From positions 1 to 50,304 of the forward strand of contig JBBKXB010000030.1 in assembly GCA_037969255.1 (NCBI GenBank): DNA of 50,304 nt, read 5' to 3'. The DNA is from Bdellovibrionales bacterium (GTDB lineage: Bacteria > Pseudomonadota > Alphaproteobacteria > Micavibrionales > JBBKXB01). Below, in pieces: positions 1 to 10,406 of the stretch; positions within the stretch are counted from its first letter, which is position 1, and each line of letters starts with the position of its first letter. The position numbers were made by a program, and so were the translations under genes. Under the pieces are notes generated by a model that saw only the letters and a list, made by a program, of their open reading frames with translations, was not told where the DNA came from and ran no database searches.

Positions 1-2444
1 TCCATAGTTTTTTGTTCGGTGATCACGTCAAAGCACTCGATTACATCGTCTGCGCGAATGTCTTCGTAGTTTTCAAAGGCCATACCACATTCGGTGCCTT
101 CTTTAACTTCTTTAACCTCGTCTTTGTGACGTTTCAATGTTTTCAATGTGCCTTCATGGATCACAACATCATCGCGCAGGAGGCGCACTTTGGCACCACG
201 TTTCACGAAGCCTTCGGTGACCATACACCCAGCGATTTTACCCACTTTGGTGATGTTAAACACTTCTTTAATTTTTGCGTTACCAATAAATTCTTCGCGT
301 ATGATAGGGGCGAAGAGACCAGAAATGAGGCCTTTGATGTCATCAAGAATGTTATAGATCACATTGTAATATTTAACCGTTGTGCCGTTGCTTTCGGCGA
401 GCTGTCTTGCTTGTGCATTGGCACGCACGTTAAAGCCAATGATGATGGCATTGGATGCCCCCGCAAGTGTGACATCGCTTTCGGTGATAGCACCAACGCC
501 AGATAAAAGCGTGCGAACTTTAACTTCGTCTTGCTCGAGTGCCACTTTGTTAATCGCAGAGACAATGGCTTCGGTAGAACCGTGAACATCAGCTTTGACC
601 AAGATAGGCAATTCTTTTTTCTCGCCTTCTTGAACTTGCGCAAAGAAATTTTCTACAGAAGTAGGGGCAAGAGCAGTCTCGGATTCCTTTTTCTTACGAG
701 CACGATAATCGGCGATTTTACGCGCCTTGGTATCATCTTCAACAACCACAAAATCATCACCCGCTTGTGGTGTGCCTTGTAGACCTAAAACTTCGACTGG
801 GAGTGAAGGTTCAGCTTTTTTGATCTGTTTACCTTGATCGTTAAGCAACGCGCGGACACGTCCGCTTTCTGCGCCACATACAAATATGTCGCCCACTTTA
901 AGCGTACCTTTTTGGATGAGAACGGTGGCCACTGACCCGCGACCTGTTTCAACTTTAGCCTCTACCACGCGACCAACGGCATTACGTTTTGGGTTGGCTT
1001 TAAGTTCTAATAATTCGGCTTGTAATAAAATGGCTTCTTCTAATTTGTCTAAGTTCGTTTTTTTCAAAGCTGACACCTCGACACACTGAACATCACCGCC
1101 CATTTGTTCAACGATGACCTCGTGAGACAATAAATCAGTCATCACTTTTTGAGCGTTGGCCTCTGGTAAATCAATCTTGTTGATCGCAATGATCATGGGA
1201 ACGCCGCCAGCTTTGGCATGTTGAATGGCTTCTATGGATTGAGGTTTCAATGAATCGTTAGCCGCCACAACAATGATCACGATATCTGTGACATTGGCAC
1301 CACGTGCGCGCATTTCAGTGAACGCCGCGTGACCAGGTGTATCAAGGAATGTGATTTTATCACCGTTCGTGTCTTTGATTTGGTAGGCACCAATATGTTG
1401 TGTAATACCACCAGCTTCGCCAGAAACGACATTTGTTTCACGAAACGCGTCAAGCAGTGATGTTTTACCATGATCCACATGACCCATGATCGTCACAACG
1501 GGCGGACGTGGTTTTAGATCTTTCGGATCATCCTCAGGGCCTTCAATGCCTGTTTCAACATCGGCTTCTGTCACGCGTTTTACGCTATGCCCAAATTCAA
1601 TGATAATAAGTTCGGCAGTATCGGCATCAATGGATTGATTAACGGTTGCCATCACGCCCATTTTCATCAAGGCTTTGATCACATTACCAGAACGCTCTGT
1701 CATACGTTGAGCGAGCTCTTGCACAGTGATTGTTTCGGGCAAAGTGACTTCGCGGAATTGTTTAACCGCATCAATATTGCTTGTACTTTGCATACGGTTT
1801 TTACGACGACGACGCACAGATGATAATGATGGGCCAGTTGTAGCCTTATCATAGTCACGGTTGAGCGCTTGTGTGACCGTCAAATTGGCCATACGGCGAT
1901 TTTCTAATTCACCAGAATCTTTGGCTGGTGCTTTTGGTGTTTGTTGTTTGCGCGTATCATCATCACGTTTGGCAAAGCTTGAACGATTGTCACGGCGCGC
2001 CTCTGTGGGTGGTAATTCAGTTGGTGCAATTGTGGCCGTTTGACCTGAACGGTTTTCAGGTTTTTTGGCTTCATATTTTGGACGTTCCACAACTTGCGGG
2101 CGTCCACCCATACCAGGACGGGCAGGGGCACGTGTCATGCCACCTGTATTTTTAGCGCGTTCAAGCGCAGCTTTTCGAGCATCTGTTTCTCTTTCGGATA
2201 AGTTAGCGCTCCCCGTTGTTGTGGGTGCGGCAGATGATGTTTTGCTTGTCAGACGATCTTGCGGTGGCGCATTAGTGATGGGCGTACGACGACGTTTAAC
2301 CTCAACAGCCACAGTTTTTGTACCACCACCTGAAAAGCTTTGGCGTACCTGTGCTCCACCTGCACCAGCACCGCCTTTAAGGCTTAGCTTTCCGCCAAGT
2401 GATAATGGTTTTTTAGTGTTGTCGTCTTTTTTTTCTTCGCTCAC
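1..2444 (-). CDS. infB: translation initiation factor IF-2 (3' end lies beyond the left window edge)
   Basis: Missing from the ORF track because it runs off the edge. The reverse complement of 2444 downward reads [53 protein letters not shown] (IF-2 N-terminus, GTG start). 1487..1467 reads MGHVDHG (G1 motif). 59..3 reads [19 protein letters not shown] (IF-2 C-terminus). All three are in one frame. It lies directly downstream of nusA. Confidence 0.9.
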   Translation of the reverse strand, partial: MSEEKKDDNTKKPLSLGGKLSLKGGAGAGGAQVRQSFSGGGTKTVAVEVKRRRTPITNAPPQDRLTSKTSSAAPTTTGSANLSERETDARKAALERAKNTGGMTRAPARPGMGGRPQVVERPKYEAKKPENRSGQTATIAPTELPPTEARRDNRSSFAKRDDDTRKQQTPKAPAKDSGELENRRMANLTVTQALNRDYDKATTGPSLSSVRRRRKNRMQSTSNIDAVKQFREVTLPETITVQELAQRMTERSGNVIKALMKMGVMATVNQSIDADTAELIIIEFGHSVKRVTEADVETGIEGPEDDPKDLKPRPPVVTIMGHVDHGKTSLLDAFRETNVVSGEAGGITQHIGAYQIKDTNGDKITFLDTPGHAAFTEMRARGANVTDIVIIVVAANDSLKPQSIEAIQHAKAGGVPMIIAINKIDLPEANAQKVMTDLLSHEVIVEQMGGDVQCVEVSALKKTNLDKLEEAILLQAELLELKANPKRNAVGRVVEAKVETGRGSVATVLIQKGTLKVGDIFVCGAESGRVRALLNDQGKQIKKAEPSLPVEVLGLQGTPQAGDDFVVVEDDTKARKIADYRARKKKESETALAPTSVENFFAQVQEGEKKELPILVKADVHGSTEAIVSAINKVALEQDEVKVRTLLSGVGAITESDVTLAGASNAIIIGFNVRANAQARQLAESNGTTVKYYNVIYNILDDIKGLISGLFAPIIREEFIGNAKIKEVFNITKVGKIAGCMVTEGFVKRGAKVRLLRDDVVIHEGTLKTLKRHKDEVKEVKEGTECGMAFENYEDIRADDVIECFDVITEQKTM

Positions 2445-2539
2445 AATAGTCCTTTAAACATTAGTTTCGTTATATTTAACGCCGTTTGGCGCTCACGTCA
2501 AACGGTTGGTCAAACGCATAGGGTAACCAAAAGCGCTTT

Positions 2540-4090
2540 TTAAGCTGCGCTTTCGGTTTTAGTTTTCTCTGTCGCTTTATCTTCGGCTTCTTTTTCAGGA
2601 GCTTCTTCGCCCTCAAACCAATGAGCACGCGCACGCATCACCATAGCGTTTGCATCCTCAAGTGACATAGCCTCGCTTGGTAACATTTCAAGCAATTCAT
2701 CGCCCGCAAGATCAGCCAAATCATCAAGAGATTTAAGACCTTGATCGGCAAGCAATAGAAGATAATCAGGAGACAAGCCTTCAAAGTTGATAAGATCATC
2801 TTTAAGACCAAGCTCTTTTTGCTTCTCTTTGATTTGAGTGGCCAAGTTCTCGTAATAAGCTTCGGCGCGACGTTTAATCTCTGTCGCCACTTCTTCGTCA
2901 AAACCTTCAATGGCAGCAATCTCGCTCATTTCAGCTTCCATCAACTCATCAATTTGCGTGAACCCTTCGGCGACAAGCAATTGAGCGATCACTTCATCAA
3001 CATCCAAAGCGGTGATGAAACGTTCGGAACGTGATTTGAACTCTTCGGCGCGGCGCGCTGATTCCTCAGCTTCGGTTAAGATATCAATATTCCAACCAGT
3101 CAGCATAGAGGCAAGACGCACGTTTTGACCACGGCGACCAATGGCGAGCGATAATTGCTCATCAGGGATCACAACATCAATACGACCCGCTTCTTCATCA
3201 AGCACAACTTTGGCCACTTCAGCAGGGGCAAGACCATTTACTACCAATGTCGCCAAATCAGGTGACCATGGAATGATGTCCACTTTTTCACCTTGTAATT
3301 CAGACACCACGGCTTGCACACGTGAACCGCGCATACCAACGCACGCACCCACTGGATCAAGACCGCTATCATGCGAATAAACAGCAATTTTAGCGCGCGA
3401 TCCAGGATCACGGGCAACGCCTTTAATTTCGATTGTGCCTTCATAAATTTCGGGCACTTCTTGGCGAAATAGCATCGCCATGAATTGTGGATGTGTACGC
3501 GAGAGCATAATCATTGGCCCGCGGTTATCAGGACGCAAATCATAGACATAGGCGCGAACGCGATCACCAACATTGAAATGCTCACGTTGGATGGTTTCAT
3601 CGCGGCGTAAAATGGCTTCAGCGCGACCAAGATCAACGATTACGTTTCCAAACTCGATACGCTTCACAACGCCAGAGATAATTTCGCCAATGCGATCTTT
3701 AAACTCTTCAAATTGATTTTCACGCTCGGCTTCACGAATTTTTTGAACTAAGACTTGCTTCACAGTTTGCGCAGCCATACGTCCAAATTGAATAGGAGGC
3801 ATATCCTCCACATATTCTTTACCAATTTTGGCGTCTTTGTCGTCTTTTTTGGCCTCGACCAAAATCATTTGCGCCTCAGGGTTTTCAAACTCTTCGTCTT
3901 CAACCACTGTTTTATAGCGTTTGGCAGTGGCAAAGCCAGTTTTACGATCAATCGTGACACGTATGTCTTGATCATGGCCATAAGAAGCGCGCTCGGCCTT
4001 AGCCATAGCTTCTTCCAAAGCCTCAATTACGATATCTAGCGATATCCCTTTTTCGCGTGCCGTTGCGTCAGCAAAATGCATCAGTTCCAT
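2540..4090 (-). CDS. nusA: transcription termination/antitermination factor NusA
   Basis: 516-aa ORF. It has an S1-like segment (FGNVIVDLGRAEAIL), KH segments (EKVDIIPW, LAIGRRGQNVRLAS) and an acidic C-terminal repeat region. It sits between rimP and infB. Confidence 0.95.
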   Translation of the reverse strand: MELMHFADATAREKGISLDIVIEALEEAMAKAERASYGHDQDIRVTIDRKTGFATAKRYKTVVEDEEFENPEAQMILVEAKKDDKDAKIGKEYVEDMPPIQFGRMAAQTVKQVLVQKIREAERENQFEEFKDRIGEIISGVVKRIEFGNVIVDLGRAEAILRRDETIQREHFNVGDRVRAYVYDLRPDNRGPMIMLSRTHPQFMAMLFRQEVPEIYEGTIEIKGVARDPGSRAKIAVYSHDSGLDPVGACVGMRGSRVQAVVSELQGEKVDIIPWSPDLATLVVNGLAPAEVAKVVLDEEAGRIDVVIPDEQLSLAIGRRGQNVRLASMLTGWNIDILTEAEESARRAEEFKSRSERFITALDVDEVIAQLLVAEGFTQIDELMEAEMSEIAAIEGFDEEVATEIKRRAEAYYENLATQIKEKQKELGLKDDLINFEGLSPDYLLLLADQGLKSLDDLADLAGDELLEMLPSEAMSLEDANAMVMRARAHWFEGEEAPEKEAEDKATEKTKTESAA

Positions 4091-4110
4091 AATGTTTATC
4101 TCCTATTTGG

Positions 4111-4689
4111 TTACGAAGCTGTTGATGTTAATTCGGTCTCAGTGTCGTCGGCCTCTGCATTGTCATCACCACTTGGTAGTGCGCCGCGAGAGGCTTCAAA
4201 TTCTAGTAAATCGTCTGTGAATACGGGCGTGGCTACACTCAATTGTGTGAACGCCAATTCATAAATAGTGTCGTCATCATTATCTTTTACAGTCAAGCTG
4301 TCATCAAGAATTTCGGTTAATATTCCGCGAAACCGTTTTCGGTTGTTCACGGGTGGAAAAATTTCCAATTTCACATCGCGCCCAACATAAGCTTTAAAAT
4401 CCTCAAGACGTGTGAGTGGGCGCGGGACACCTGTTGAGGAAATCTCTAAATCATAGGCGCTATCAAATGGATCCTCGACATCCAAAAGCGCGGATAAAGC
4501 GCGGGACACTTTTGTACAATCACTAACATTTACGGCGCTACCATTGGCGCGTTCTAGCATCACTTGTAACGTTGGTGTGCCTTTTTTTACAGATGTTTGA
4601 CGTACGCGCACGAGGTTGTAACCCATACCAGTTATGGTGGGTTCAATTACGCGGGCAAAGCGGCCATCAGGGTCTATAAGTTGTCTCAA
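4111..4689 (-). CDS. rimP: ribosome maturation factor RimP
   Basis: 192-aa ORF (TTG start) immediately upstream of nusA. It has RimP-like segments (GMGYNLVRVR, DLEISSTGVPRPLTRLEDF). Confidence 0.85.
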   Translation of the reverse strand: MRQLIDPDGRFARVIEPTITGMGYNLVRVRQTSVKKGTPTLQVMLERANGSAVNVSDCTKVSRALSALLDVEDPFDSAYDLEISSTGVPRPLTRLEDFKAYVGRDVKLEIFPPVNNRKRFRGILTEILDDSLTVKDNDDDTIYELAFTQLSVATPVFTDDLLEFEASRGALPSGDDNAEADDTETELTSTAS

Positions 4690-4710
4690 ATCTTTATGCT
4701 CCAGATAATG

Positions 4711-4734
4711 AAAAAGGCGGGCTTTTGGCCCACC
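4711..4734 (-). terminator. rho-independent terminator downstream of the 4807..5364 gene
   Basis: The minus-strand RNA reads GGUGGGC-CAAAA-GCCCGCC followed by UUUUU. The stem is 7 bp with one G.U pair. Confidence 0.65.
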
Positions 4735-4806
4735 TTGTGTAATAAATTAGCTAAGGAATAAAATAGTTATAAACCCATGCGCACCATGAAATCAAGGATT
4801 ATTTTT

Positions 4807-5364
4807 TTATCTAAACTTTTGATCAAATTGTCGTTGAATTTTGGCGGGTAGTTTATGAACCATACACTGGTCGAAATAGACCGTGAGACGATAGATGTTT
4901 TCGTTTGTGTACTTAAACGCTGCTTCCTCACTACGCATTGTAGGCATATCAGAATTAGGGTTTGTGCGAAGATATCCAGTCTGAATAATAGGGGTGCCAT
5001 ATACAGTTTTGCTACTATAGATACCTTGGTTAAAGACTTCTAAAGCGCTCGTCATTTCTATGCGATTTTCACCCTTTTGTCGTGTGGCATCCAAAGCAAT
5101 GGAATTGATATGGACAATGTAAATACCTTGAGGATTCGTGCTGCCCTTAACTCTAGTTGAATAAGTGGAAATACCATGTTGTTCGGTGATAACCACATCT
5201 TTAATAGTGGTTTCTTTGTTGATGGCTTGCGCCGCCATTGCCATGCACAACACCAATTTTTCAGGCGTTGTAGTCTCATCTTGGGCTGATGCGGGCGATA
5301 ATGGCGTTAATAAAACACCAAAAGCCAACGCAGAGGCTGCAAATTTTTCACATATTAAACTCAT
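4807..5364 (-). CDS. hypothetical exported protein
   Basis: 185-aa ORF with an N-terminal signal peptide (AASALAFGVLLTPLSPASA/QD). I recognise no domain. A hairpin terminator follows it. Confidence 0.6.
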   Translation of the reverse strand: MSLICEKFAASALAFGVLLTPLSPASAQDETTTPEKLVLCMAMAAQAINKETTIKDVVITEQHGISTYSTRVKGSTNPQGIYIVHINSIALDATRQKGENRIEMTSALEVFNQGIYSSKTVYGTPIIQTGYLRTNPNSDMPTMRSEEAAFKYTNENIYRLTVYFDQCMVHKLPAKIQRQFDQKFR

Positions 5365-5399
5365 AGTAAAACCTCTTCAAATTATTATACATAACTATA

Positions 5400-6104
5400 T
5401 CATGACCTGTCTTTTTTGTATACAGGTTTTTGATAAAATTTCAAATACACCATTTTGCTCGATCCTTTTGCGCCTTTGGTCTCATAGGACGTTTGTTTCC
5501 AATTATCAGGCGCGGTTTCCCAGTTTGATTTGTCACGTGCGCGCCATTCAAACGCTTTATGATTGATGACATGCTCTATCGTCCATTCCGCCAAATAAGA
5601 GACATCGGTGGTGGCGAGGAATAATCCATTGGGTTTGAGCAGTGAGGCCACTTTATTAAGGCGATCCATTTGAACAAACCGTCGTTTATGGTGGCGTTTT
5701 TTATGCCATGGATCGGGATTAAGCAACCATATTTCGTCAAACTTATTGTCCTGCATCGCGTCAAAAAATGGAAATCCATCCTCGCTATTCAATCGCACAC
5801 GAGCGCGATGTTGGGTTGGCAATGCGCACAAGAAACTCGCCAATGAGTTTTGATACACTTCTGTGGCGATAATATAAGCATCAGGATCGGTATCAAGGCG
5901 GTGCAGTATAGCTTCGCCCTTACCAAATCCGAACTCAAATATAAGTGTCTCTGCTTTGTCTTCAAAACCCTCGTTAAGGTCATACGCTAAAGTAGGGAGT
6001 AATTCATTCATCGCCAGTTGTTGCGGTTTGGACAAGCTTCGCCCTTTGCGACGGGCAAAGAATTGTGAAAATTGTTGCTGTTTCTTTTGGTTTTTTTCTT
6101 GCAT
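5400..6104 (-). CDS. trmB: tRNA (guanine-N7)-methyltransferase
   Basis: 234-aa ORF with the TrmB signature LLNPDPWHKKRHHKRRF and a SAM-binding-like segment EFGFGKGE. Confidence 0.9.
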   Translation of the reverse strand: MQEKNQKKQQQFSQFFARRKGRSLSKPQQLAMNELLPTLAYDLNEGFEDKAETLIFEFGFGKGEAILHRLDTDPDAYIIATEVYQNSLASFLCALPTQHRARVRLNSEDGFPFFDAMQDNKFDEIWLLNPDPWHKKRHHKRRFVQMDRLNKVASLLKPNGLFLATTDVSYLAEWTIEHVINHKAFEWRARDKSNWETAPDNWKQTSYETKGAKGSSKMVYLKFYQKPVYKKDRS

Positions 6105-6134
6105 TTAAGTTATTAACATATTATATGATGGGTT

Positions 6135-6410
6135 ATGACTGACACACCATTAGACGAAACAAACGATTTAAGCCAGCCTACTATTGATGCCAAAGTGGCA
6201 TTTAAACGTGTATGGCATTCAACACCTGCTAATTTTGTACGGACTGTGATAAGAAATCCTTATGTTAGTGGTGCCACAGCATTGTGCCTTTCATTTGCAA
6301 TTTGGAATTGGGCTTACCCTGACTCAGCGCAAGGCTTCGCGAATGGCGTTGGAGAAGTCGCTTATGAATCTAAAGAAGCCTTAGTACGTGGGTTGAAACA
6401 TATCGGTTAA
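6135..6410 (+). CDS. hypothetical small membrane protein
   Basis: 91-aa ORF with one hydrophobic helix (YVSGATALCLSFAIWNWAY). I recognise no family. It is wedged between trmB (divergent, 30 nt away) and metK (convergent, 0 nt away). Confidence 0.4.
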   Translation: MTDTPLDETNDLSQPTIDAKVAFKRVWHSTPANFVRTVIRNPYVSGATALCLSFAIWNWAYPDSAQGFANGVGEVAYESKEALVRGLKHIG

Positions 6411-7586
6411 TTATCTTAACGCATTGTGTAGCGCATCGCCTAAGTCGGTGTTTTCCCATGAAAATGCCCCTGTTTTAGGATCGTAGTCACGTCCAAAATG
6501 CCCATAGGCGGCGCTGTGACGATAGATGGGCTTATTAAGCCCAAGATGTGTGCGAATGCCTTTTGGTGTTAAATCCATTACTTTTGGTAAGATGTCCGCC
6601 ATTTGTGCGTTCGTAAGGCCGTTTTTACCTGTGCCATGAAGGCTACAAAATATGGATACGGGCGCGCTCACGCCAATGGCATAGGATAATTGAATGGTGC
6701 AACGATCCGCCAGATCAGCCGCAACTATATTTTTAGCCAAATAACGCGCGGCATAAGCGGCTGAGCGATCAACTTTTGTGGGATCCTTACCAGAAAAAGC
6801 GCCACCACCATGGGGGGCAGAGCCGCCATACGTATCAACGATGATTTTACGCCCCGTAAGACCTGCATCACCATCAGGGCCACCAATCACAAAGCGTCCC
6901 GTTGGATTAATATGAACTTTTTTAGCGTTTTTCAGATCATAGTTACCAAGAGCCTCTTGGATGTAAGGCATCACAGCATGTTTAAGATCGTCTTGGGATA
7001 CGCTTTCTTTATGTTGTGTTGAGAGCACAAACGCATCCAGTTTTTTGGGCATGCGGTCATCCCCGTATTCGAGGCTGATTTGTGATTTTGCATCAGGGCC
7101 AAGCATAGACAATGTCCCGTCATGGCGCTTGTCCGCCAAATGTTTCAAAACTTTGTGAGAATAGTAAATAGGCGCGGGCATATATACGGGCGTTTCACGG
7201 CACGCATAACCAAACATAATCCCTTGATCACCAGCGCCTTCTTCTTTTTGCGACGCGCTATCAACGCCTTGGGCGATATCAACAGATTGTGCATGAAGGA
7301 GGAACTCGACATCCATCGTGTCCCAATGAAACCCTTTTTGCTCATACCCAATTTCACGCACGACTTGGCGCGCACGATCAATGATCATATTTTTTGTCAG
7401 AGACGAGGGGGCACGCATTTCGCCAGCGATTACCAATTTATTGGTGGTGGCCAAACACTCGCATGCCATGCGTGCTTGCGGGTCGGCCTCTAAAGCTAGA
7501 TCAAGGATGGCATCAGAAATCTGGTCACAGATTTTGTCTGGATGGCCTTCGGATACGGATTCGGAAGTGAAAATAAAGTTGTCCAT
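6411..7586 (-). CDS. metK: S-adenosylmethionine synthetase
   Basis: 391-aa ORF starting [18 protein letters not shown], with the [16 protein letters not shown] motif. Confidence 0.97.
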   Translation of the reverse strand: MDNFIFTSESVSEGHPDKICDQISDAILDLALEADPQARMACECLATTNKLVIAGEMRAPSSLTKNMIIDRARQVVREIGYEQKGFHWDTMDVEFLLHAQSVDIAQGVDSASQKEEGAGDQGIMFGYACRETPVYMPAPIYYSHKVLKHLADKRHDGTLSMLGPDAKSQISLEYGDDRMPKKLDAFVLSTQHKESVSQDDLKHAVMPYIQEALGNYDLKNAKKVHINPTGRFVIGGPDGDAGLTGRKIIVDTYGGSAPHGGGAFSGKDPTKVDRSAAYAARYLAKNIVAADLADRCTIQLSYAIGVSAPVSIFCSLHGTGKNGLTNAQMADILPKVMDLTPKGIRTHLGLNKPIYRHSAAYGHFGRDYDPKTGAFSWENTDLGDALHNALR

Positions 7587-7633
7587 GTGAGGTAGAATGT
7601 CACACTCATGGCATAGGTCAAGTTGAGAAATGG

Positions 7634-8074
7634 TTAGGCGAGGGCTTCTGCGACTTTTTTGGCTTCTTTAACAAATGTCTCTTTTTTCTTAGGGGAGCTT
7701 AAACGATGATATGTTTTTAATAGCTCGATAAGCCCGTTATCCGTGTCGTGATCCACAAGCGATTCTTGGAGATTGTCAGAAAGGCCAGCCGCGCCAAGTC
7801 CAGCAAAGAAAGACTGTACGGGCATATTCAAAATATTGGACATTTCAAACAGGCGACCTGCGGCGATACGGTTCACACCATTTTCGTATTTTTGAATTTG
7901 TTGGAATGTGATGCCAAGCGCATCGGCCAGTTTTTCTTGGGAGAAACCCGCACGATTACGATATTGTTTGACCAATGCGCCAATGCGCACATCAAACTCA
8001 CTCGGTAGTCCTTTGGTCTTTTGTTTCGCCAATTTGCTTGCCTTAATCACACTGCGCATACTCTCGCATGCCAT
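7634..8074 (-). CDS. XRE-family helix-turn-helix transcriptional regulator
   Basis: 146-aa ORF with an HTH_3 segment, [27 protein letters not shown]. It is co-directional with lnt and metK. Confidence 0.8.
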   Translation of the reverse strand: MACESMRSVIKASKLAKQKTKGLPSEFDVRIGALVKQYRNRAGFSQEKLADALGITFQQIQKYENGVNRIAAGRLFEMSNILNMPVQSFFAGLGAAGLSDNLQESLVDHDTDNGLIELLKTYHRLSSPKKKETFVKEAKKVAEALA

Positions 8075-8084
8075 ACAGGACTAT

Positions 8085-9608
8085 CTATCCCATATTTTTT
8101 AGCAAATTACAAACGCTGTGTCTCTTATCCATAAGGATTATAAAAAACAAACCGAAAAGCAAGATATACAAAGCTAAATTTTTATAATGCGTGTAAAACG
8201 TCATGGCTTGTTTTTGTGGCAAATAACTTTCAATCACCGCCGCTTGATTAATCTGTGTACGTGCCAATATTCGTCCATCAGCATCAATGATGGCGCTTAT
8301 GCCTGTTGTGCCAGAGCGCAACACGGGCAAGCCTGTTTCAATCGCGCGGAAACGTGCTTGCACAAGATGTTGATAAGGGCCAGAAGACACGCCAAACCAG
8401 CTATCATCAGTCACGGTGACAATGGCGCGCGTATTATCTTGCCAAGCGTCACGCGCCAGATGAGGAAATATGATTTCATAGCAAATAAGCGGGATCACAC
8501 CATCGGGCATGGTCACGGGCAAGGCACCTTTATCAAAGCCCTCTAGCCCCGTGATGGTGCCCAAAGGGATAATGTCGTTGTACGGCATATACTCGCCATA
8601 GGGCACAAGATGATGTTTATTTTGGCGCCATAGCAATTCATTTTTTGGATTAAGCGCGATGAGCGCATTACCCGTATCATTTTCATCAATATAAAGCATG
8701 CCCAAATAAAGCGTGGTGTTCGCTGGCCATTTTTTTAAGGTTTCTTTGTAAAGTGAGTCCAAAAATGGATCACGCCAGATATTGGCCTCTTGTGAGGTTT
8801 CGGGCCAAATGATCCAATGTTCTTTCGCCTCGGCAAGGGGAGGCTCTGTGATGAGAGCAAGGGGCGCAAGTGCGTTTTGCGCGATACGGTCTCGTGACCA
8901 TTTGATGGTTTGGCTGATATTGGGTTGCACCACGCGCACATGCGTATTTGTATCCAATTGGATGGGGAGCATGGTGAATAATCCGAGCACGTAAAGCGCA
9001 ATAATCACCGCCAAATACACGACATAGTTATACGTGGCTTTGAAATCGGACAACGCACTGGCGATTAATATCGTCACGGCGGTTAATCCATAAAGGCCCA
9101 TCCATGACGCGTTATGCGCAATAGGCAAGAAACCAATCCATGTGCTACCCGCTAAATTCCAAGGGAATCCCGTGAACCACGTGGCACGAAACAATTCAGC
9201 AAGTGTGAAAAGTAAGACTATACCGCTGACGCGTGGTAATTTAAGTTTGACAAAAAGATAGCCCGCCACCGCTTGATAAAGGGCAAATAGAGCAGGGAGA
9301 CCAATGGCGGCCAATGGCCATGCCCAGCCCCAGCTTTCAATATGCACCAATGTTGAATTCCCAATCCAATATAACCCCGCGACATAATGACCGAGCGCCC
9401 ATAAATAGCAGAGCTTGAACGCCTCGCGCGGTGCTTCCACGTGACGGAGCTTATGAAACAACCATCCATAAGCCGCGATGAGAGCAATGGGAAACGAAAA
9501 GGGGGCAAAGCCGAACGCTGATAAAGCGCCAATGAAAAGCGAAATAACGCTATCTTTTTTGATGAATGTCATGGTATTCAATTTGGCGGAAATTAATTTA
9601 CGACACAA
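8085..9608 (-). CDS. lnt: apolipoprotein N-acyltransferase
   Basis: 507-aa polytopic N-terminal region plus a CN-hydrolase domain (IIWPETS, PLICYEIIFP). It occupies the conserved position near corC/ybeY/miaB. An alternative start is ATG 9572 (MTFIKKD). Confidence 0.9.
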   Translation of the reverse strand: MCRKLISAKLNTMTFIKKDSVISLFIGALSAFGFAPFSFPIALIAAYGWLFHKLRHVEAPREAFKLCYLWALGHYVAGLYWIGNSTLVHIESWGWAWPLAAIGLPALFALYQAVAGYLFVKLKLPRVSGIVLLFTLAELFRATWFTGFPWNLAGSTWIGFLPIAHNASWMGLYGLTAVTILIASALSDFKATYNYVVYLAVIIALYVLGLFTMLPIQLDTNTHVRVVQPNISQTIKWSRDRIAQNALAPLALITEPPLAEAKEHWIIWPETSQEANIWRDPFLDSLYKETLKKWPANTTLYLGMLYIDENDTGNALIALNPKNELLWRQNKHHLVPYGEYMPYNDIIPLGTITGLEGFDKGALPVTMPDGVIPLICYEIIFPHLARDAWQDNTRAIVTVTDDSWFGVSSGPYQHLVQARFRAIETGLPVLRSGTTGISAIIDADGRILARTQINQAAVIESYLPQKQAMTFYTHYKNLALYILLFGLFFIILMDKRHSVCNLLKNMG

Positions 9609-9619
9609 CGCATTTATTT

Positions 9620-9649
9620 ATTGACATATTTCGTAATAATATGTATTGT
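9620..9649 (+). promoter_or_regulatory. putative sigma70-type promoter containing the ATTGACATA box
   Basis: TTGACA (9621-9626), 17-nt spacer, TATTGT (9644-9649). An AGGAG SD and ATG 9681 lie downstream. Confidence 0.4.
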
Positions 9650-9680
9650 CATCTTTCAAATTAACTAGGAGAACTTTAAA

Positions 9681-10046
9681 ATGAATTTAAAAGAAATTGC
9701 TTTAGCATCCAGTGCGGTTATTGCCTTGAGTGCTTGTAGCTCAGAAAATACAATGCACCCAGATACTATGTCAGATAAAGATGATATTACTTATTTTAGC
9801 TCAATGTCACGAAATTATAGCGATACACAAGCAAGAGTTTGCGCGGCTGTTAAGCTTCAGAAGAGCCATGTTAGTAATGATTTTAAAGTCGTTATGCGTT
9901 TCATTCCTGAAGTACATGGTAGGGATAATTACTTAGTCTACAATACTCAGACATTTGATTGTGCAAAAGGTAATAAGCCAGTGCAAAATATTACTGTAAA
10001 CTATGGTGATCTAAGGCCAAGATTAATGTTGCCAAAATCAAATTAA
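9681..10046 (+). CDS. small lipoprotein, ORFan (first of a three-gene cassette)
   Basis: 121-aa ORF with an AGGAG SD and a lipobox (VIALSAC). It has two further Cys residues. It looks A+T-rich by eye. Confidence 0.6.
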   Translation: MNLKEIALASSAVIALSACSSENTMHPDTMSDKDDITYFSSMSRNYSDTQARVCAAVKLQKSHVSNDFKVVMRFIPEVHGRDNYLVYNTQTFDCAKGNKPVQNITVNYGDLRPRLMLPKSN

Positions 10047-10390
10047 TGAGTCGTTCTAAGCACCATCAAAATTTAGACAATGGTGTGACACACAAGCATA
10101 TTTTATGTGCTTTTTCAGTTGCGTCAATATTAACGGGATTATTCTGGTTAGTTCAGCCATCTACAGTTAATAAAATTAAATTGGATTCACCTAGTACAGA
10201 GGCTTTTTACAAGGCGGCCTGTAAGAAGGCGGGATTTAATACCAAAAAGCAAGGATTGGTTGTTATTACAGATGACAAAGGTAATTACAAAGACTTTACA
10301 AAGTGCGTTTCTGGTGGCGCGAGTTCGATGAATTCTTTTAGTAGCGATAATGGTACAATTCGATATGTATCCATGCCTAAACCTTTTTAA
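10046..10390 (+). CDS. small membrane-anchored or exported Cys protein, paralog of 10407..10814
   Basis: 114-aa ORF whose start overlaps the upstream stop (TAATG). It has one N-terminal hydrophobic helix. It shares the AAC[KR]xAG..QG..D..YK..C pattern with the next ORF. Confidence 0.55.
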   Translation: MSRSKHHQNLDNGVTHKHILCAFSVASILTGLFWLVQPSTVNKIKLDSPSTEAFYKAACKKAGFNTKKQGLVVITDDKGNYKDFTKCVSGGASSMNSFSSDNGTIRYVSMPKPF

Positions 10391-10406
10391 CCCTTAAGGA
10401 TATATT

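Noticed and set aside
12-2457. Plus-strand ORFs in the track, such as 12..506 (164 aa) and 2065..2457 (130 aa).
   Set aside because: They are antisense to an uninterrupted infB frame, whose IF-2 N-terminus, G1 motif and C-terminus I verified in one minus-strand frame. Their translations are low-complexity and have no recognisable motifs.
7587-7633. Possible SAM riboswitch in the metK leader.
   Set aside because: Only 47 nt separate metK from the upstream gene. That is too short for any known SAM riboswitch class, and I found no pseudoknot-forming complementarity.
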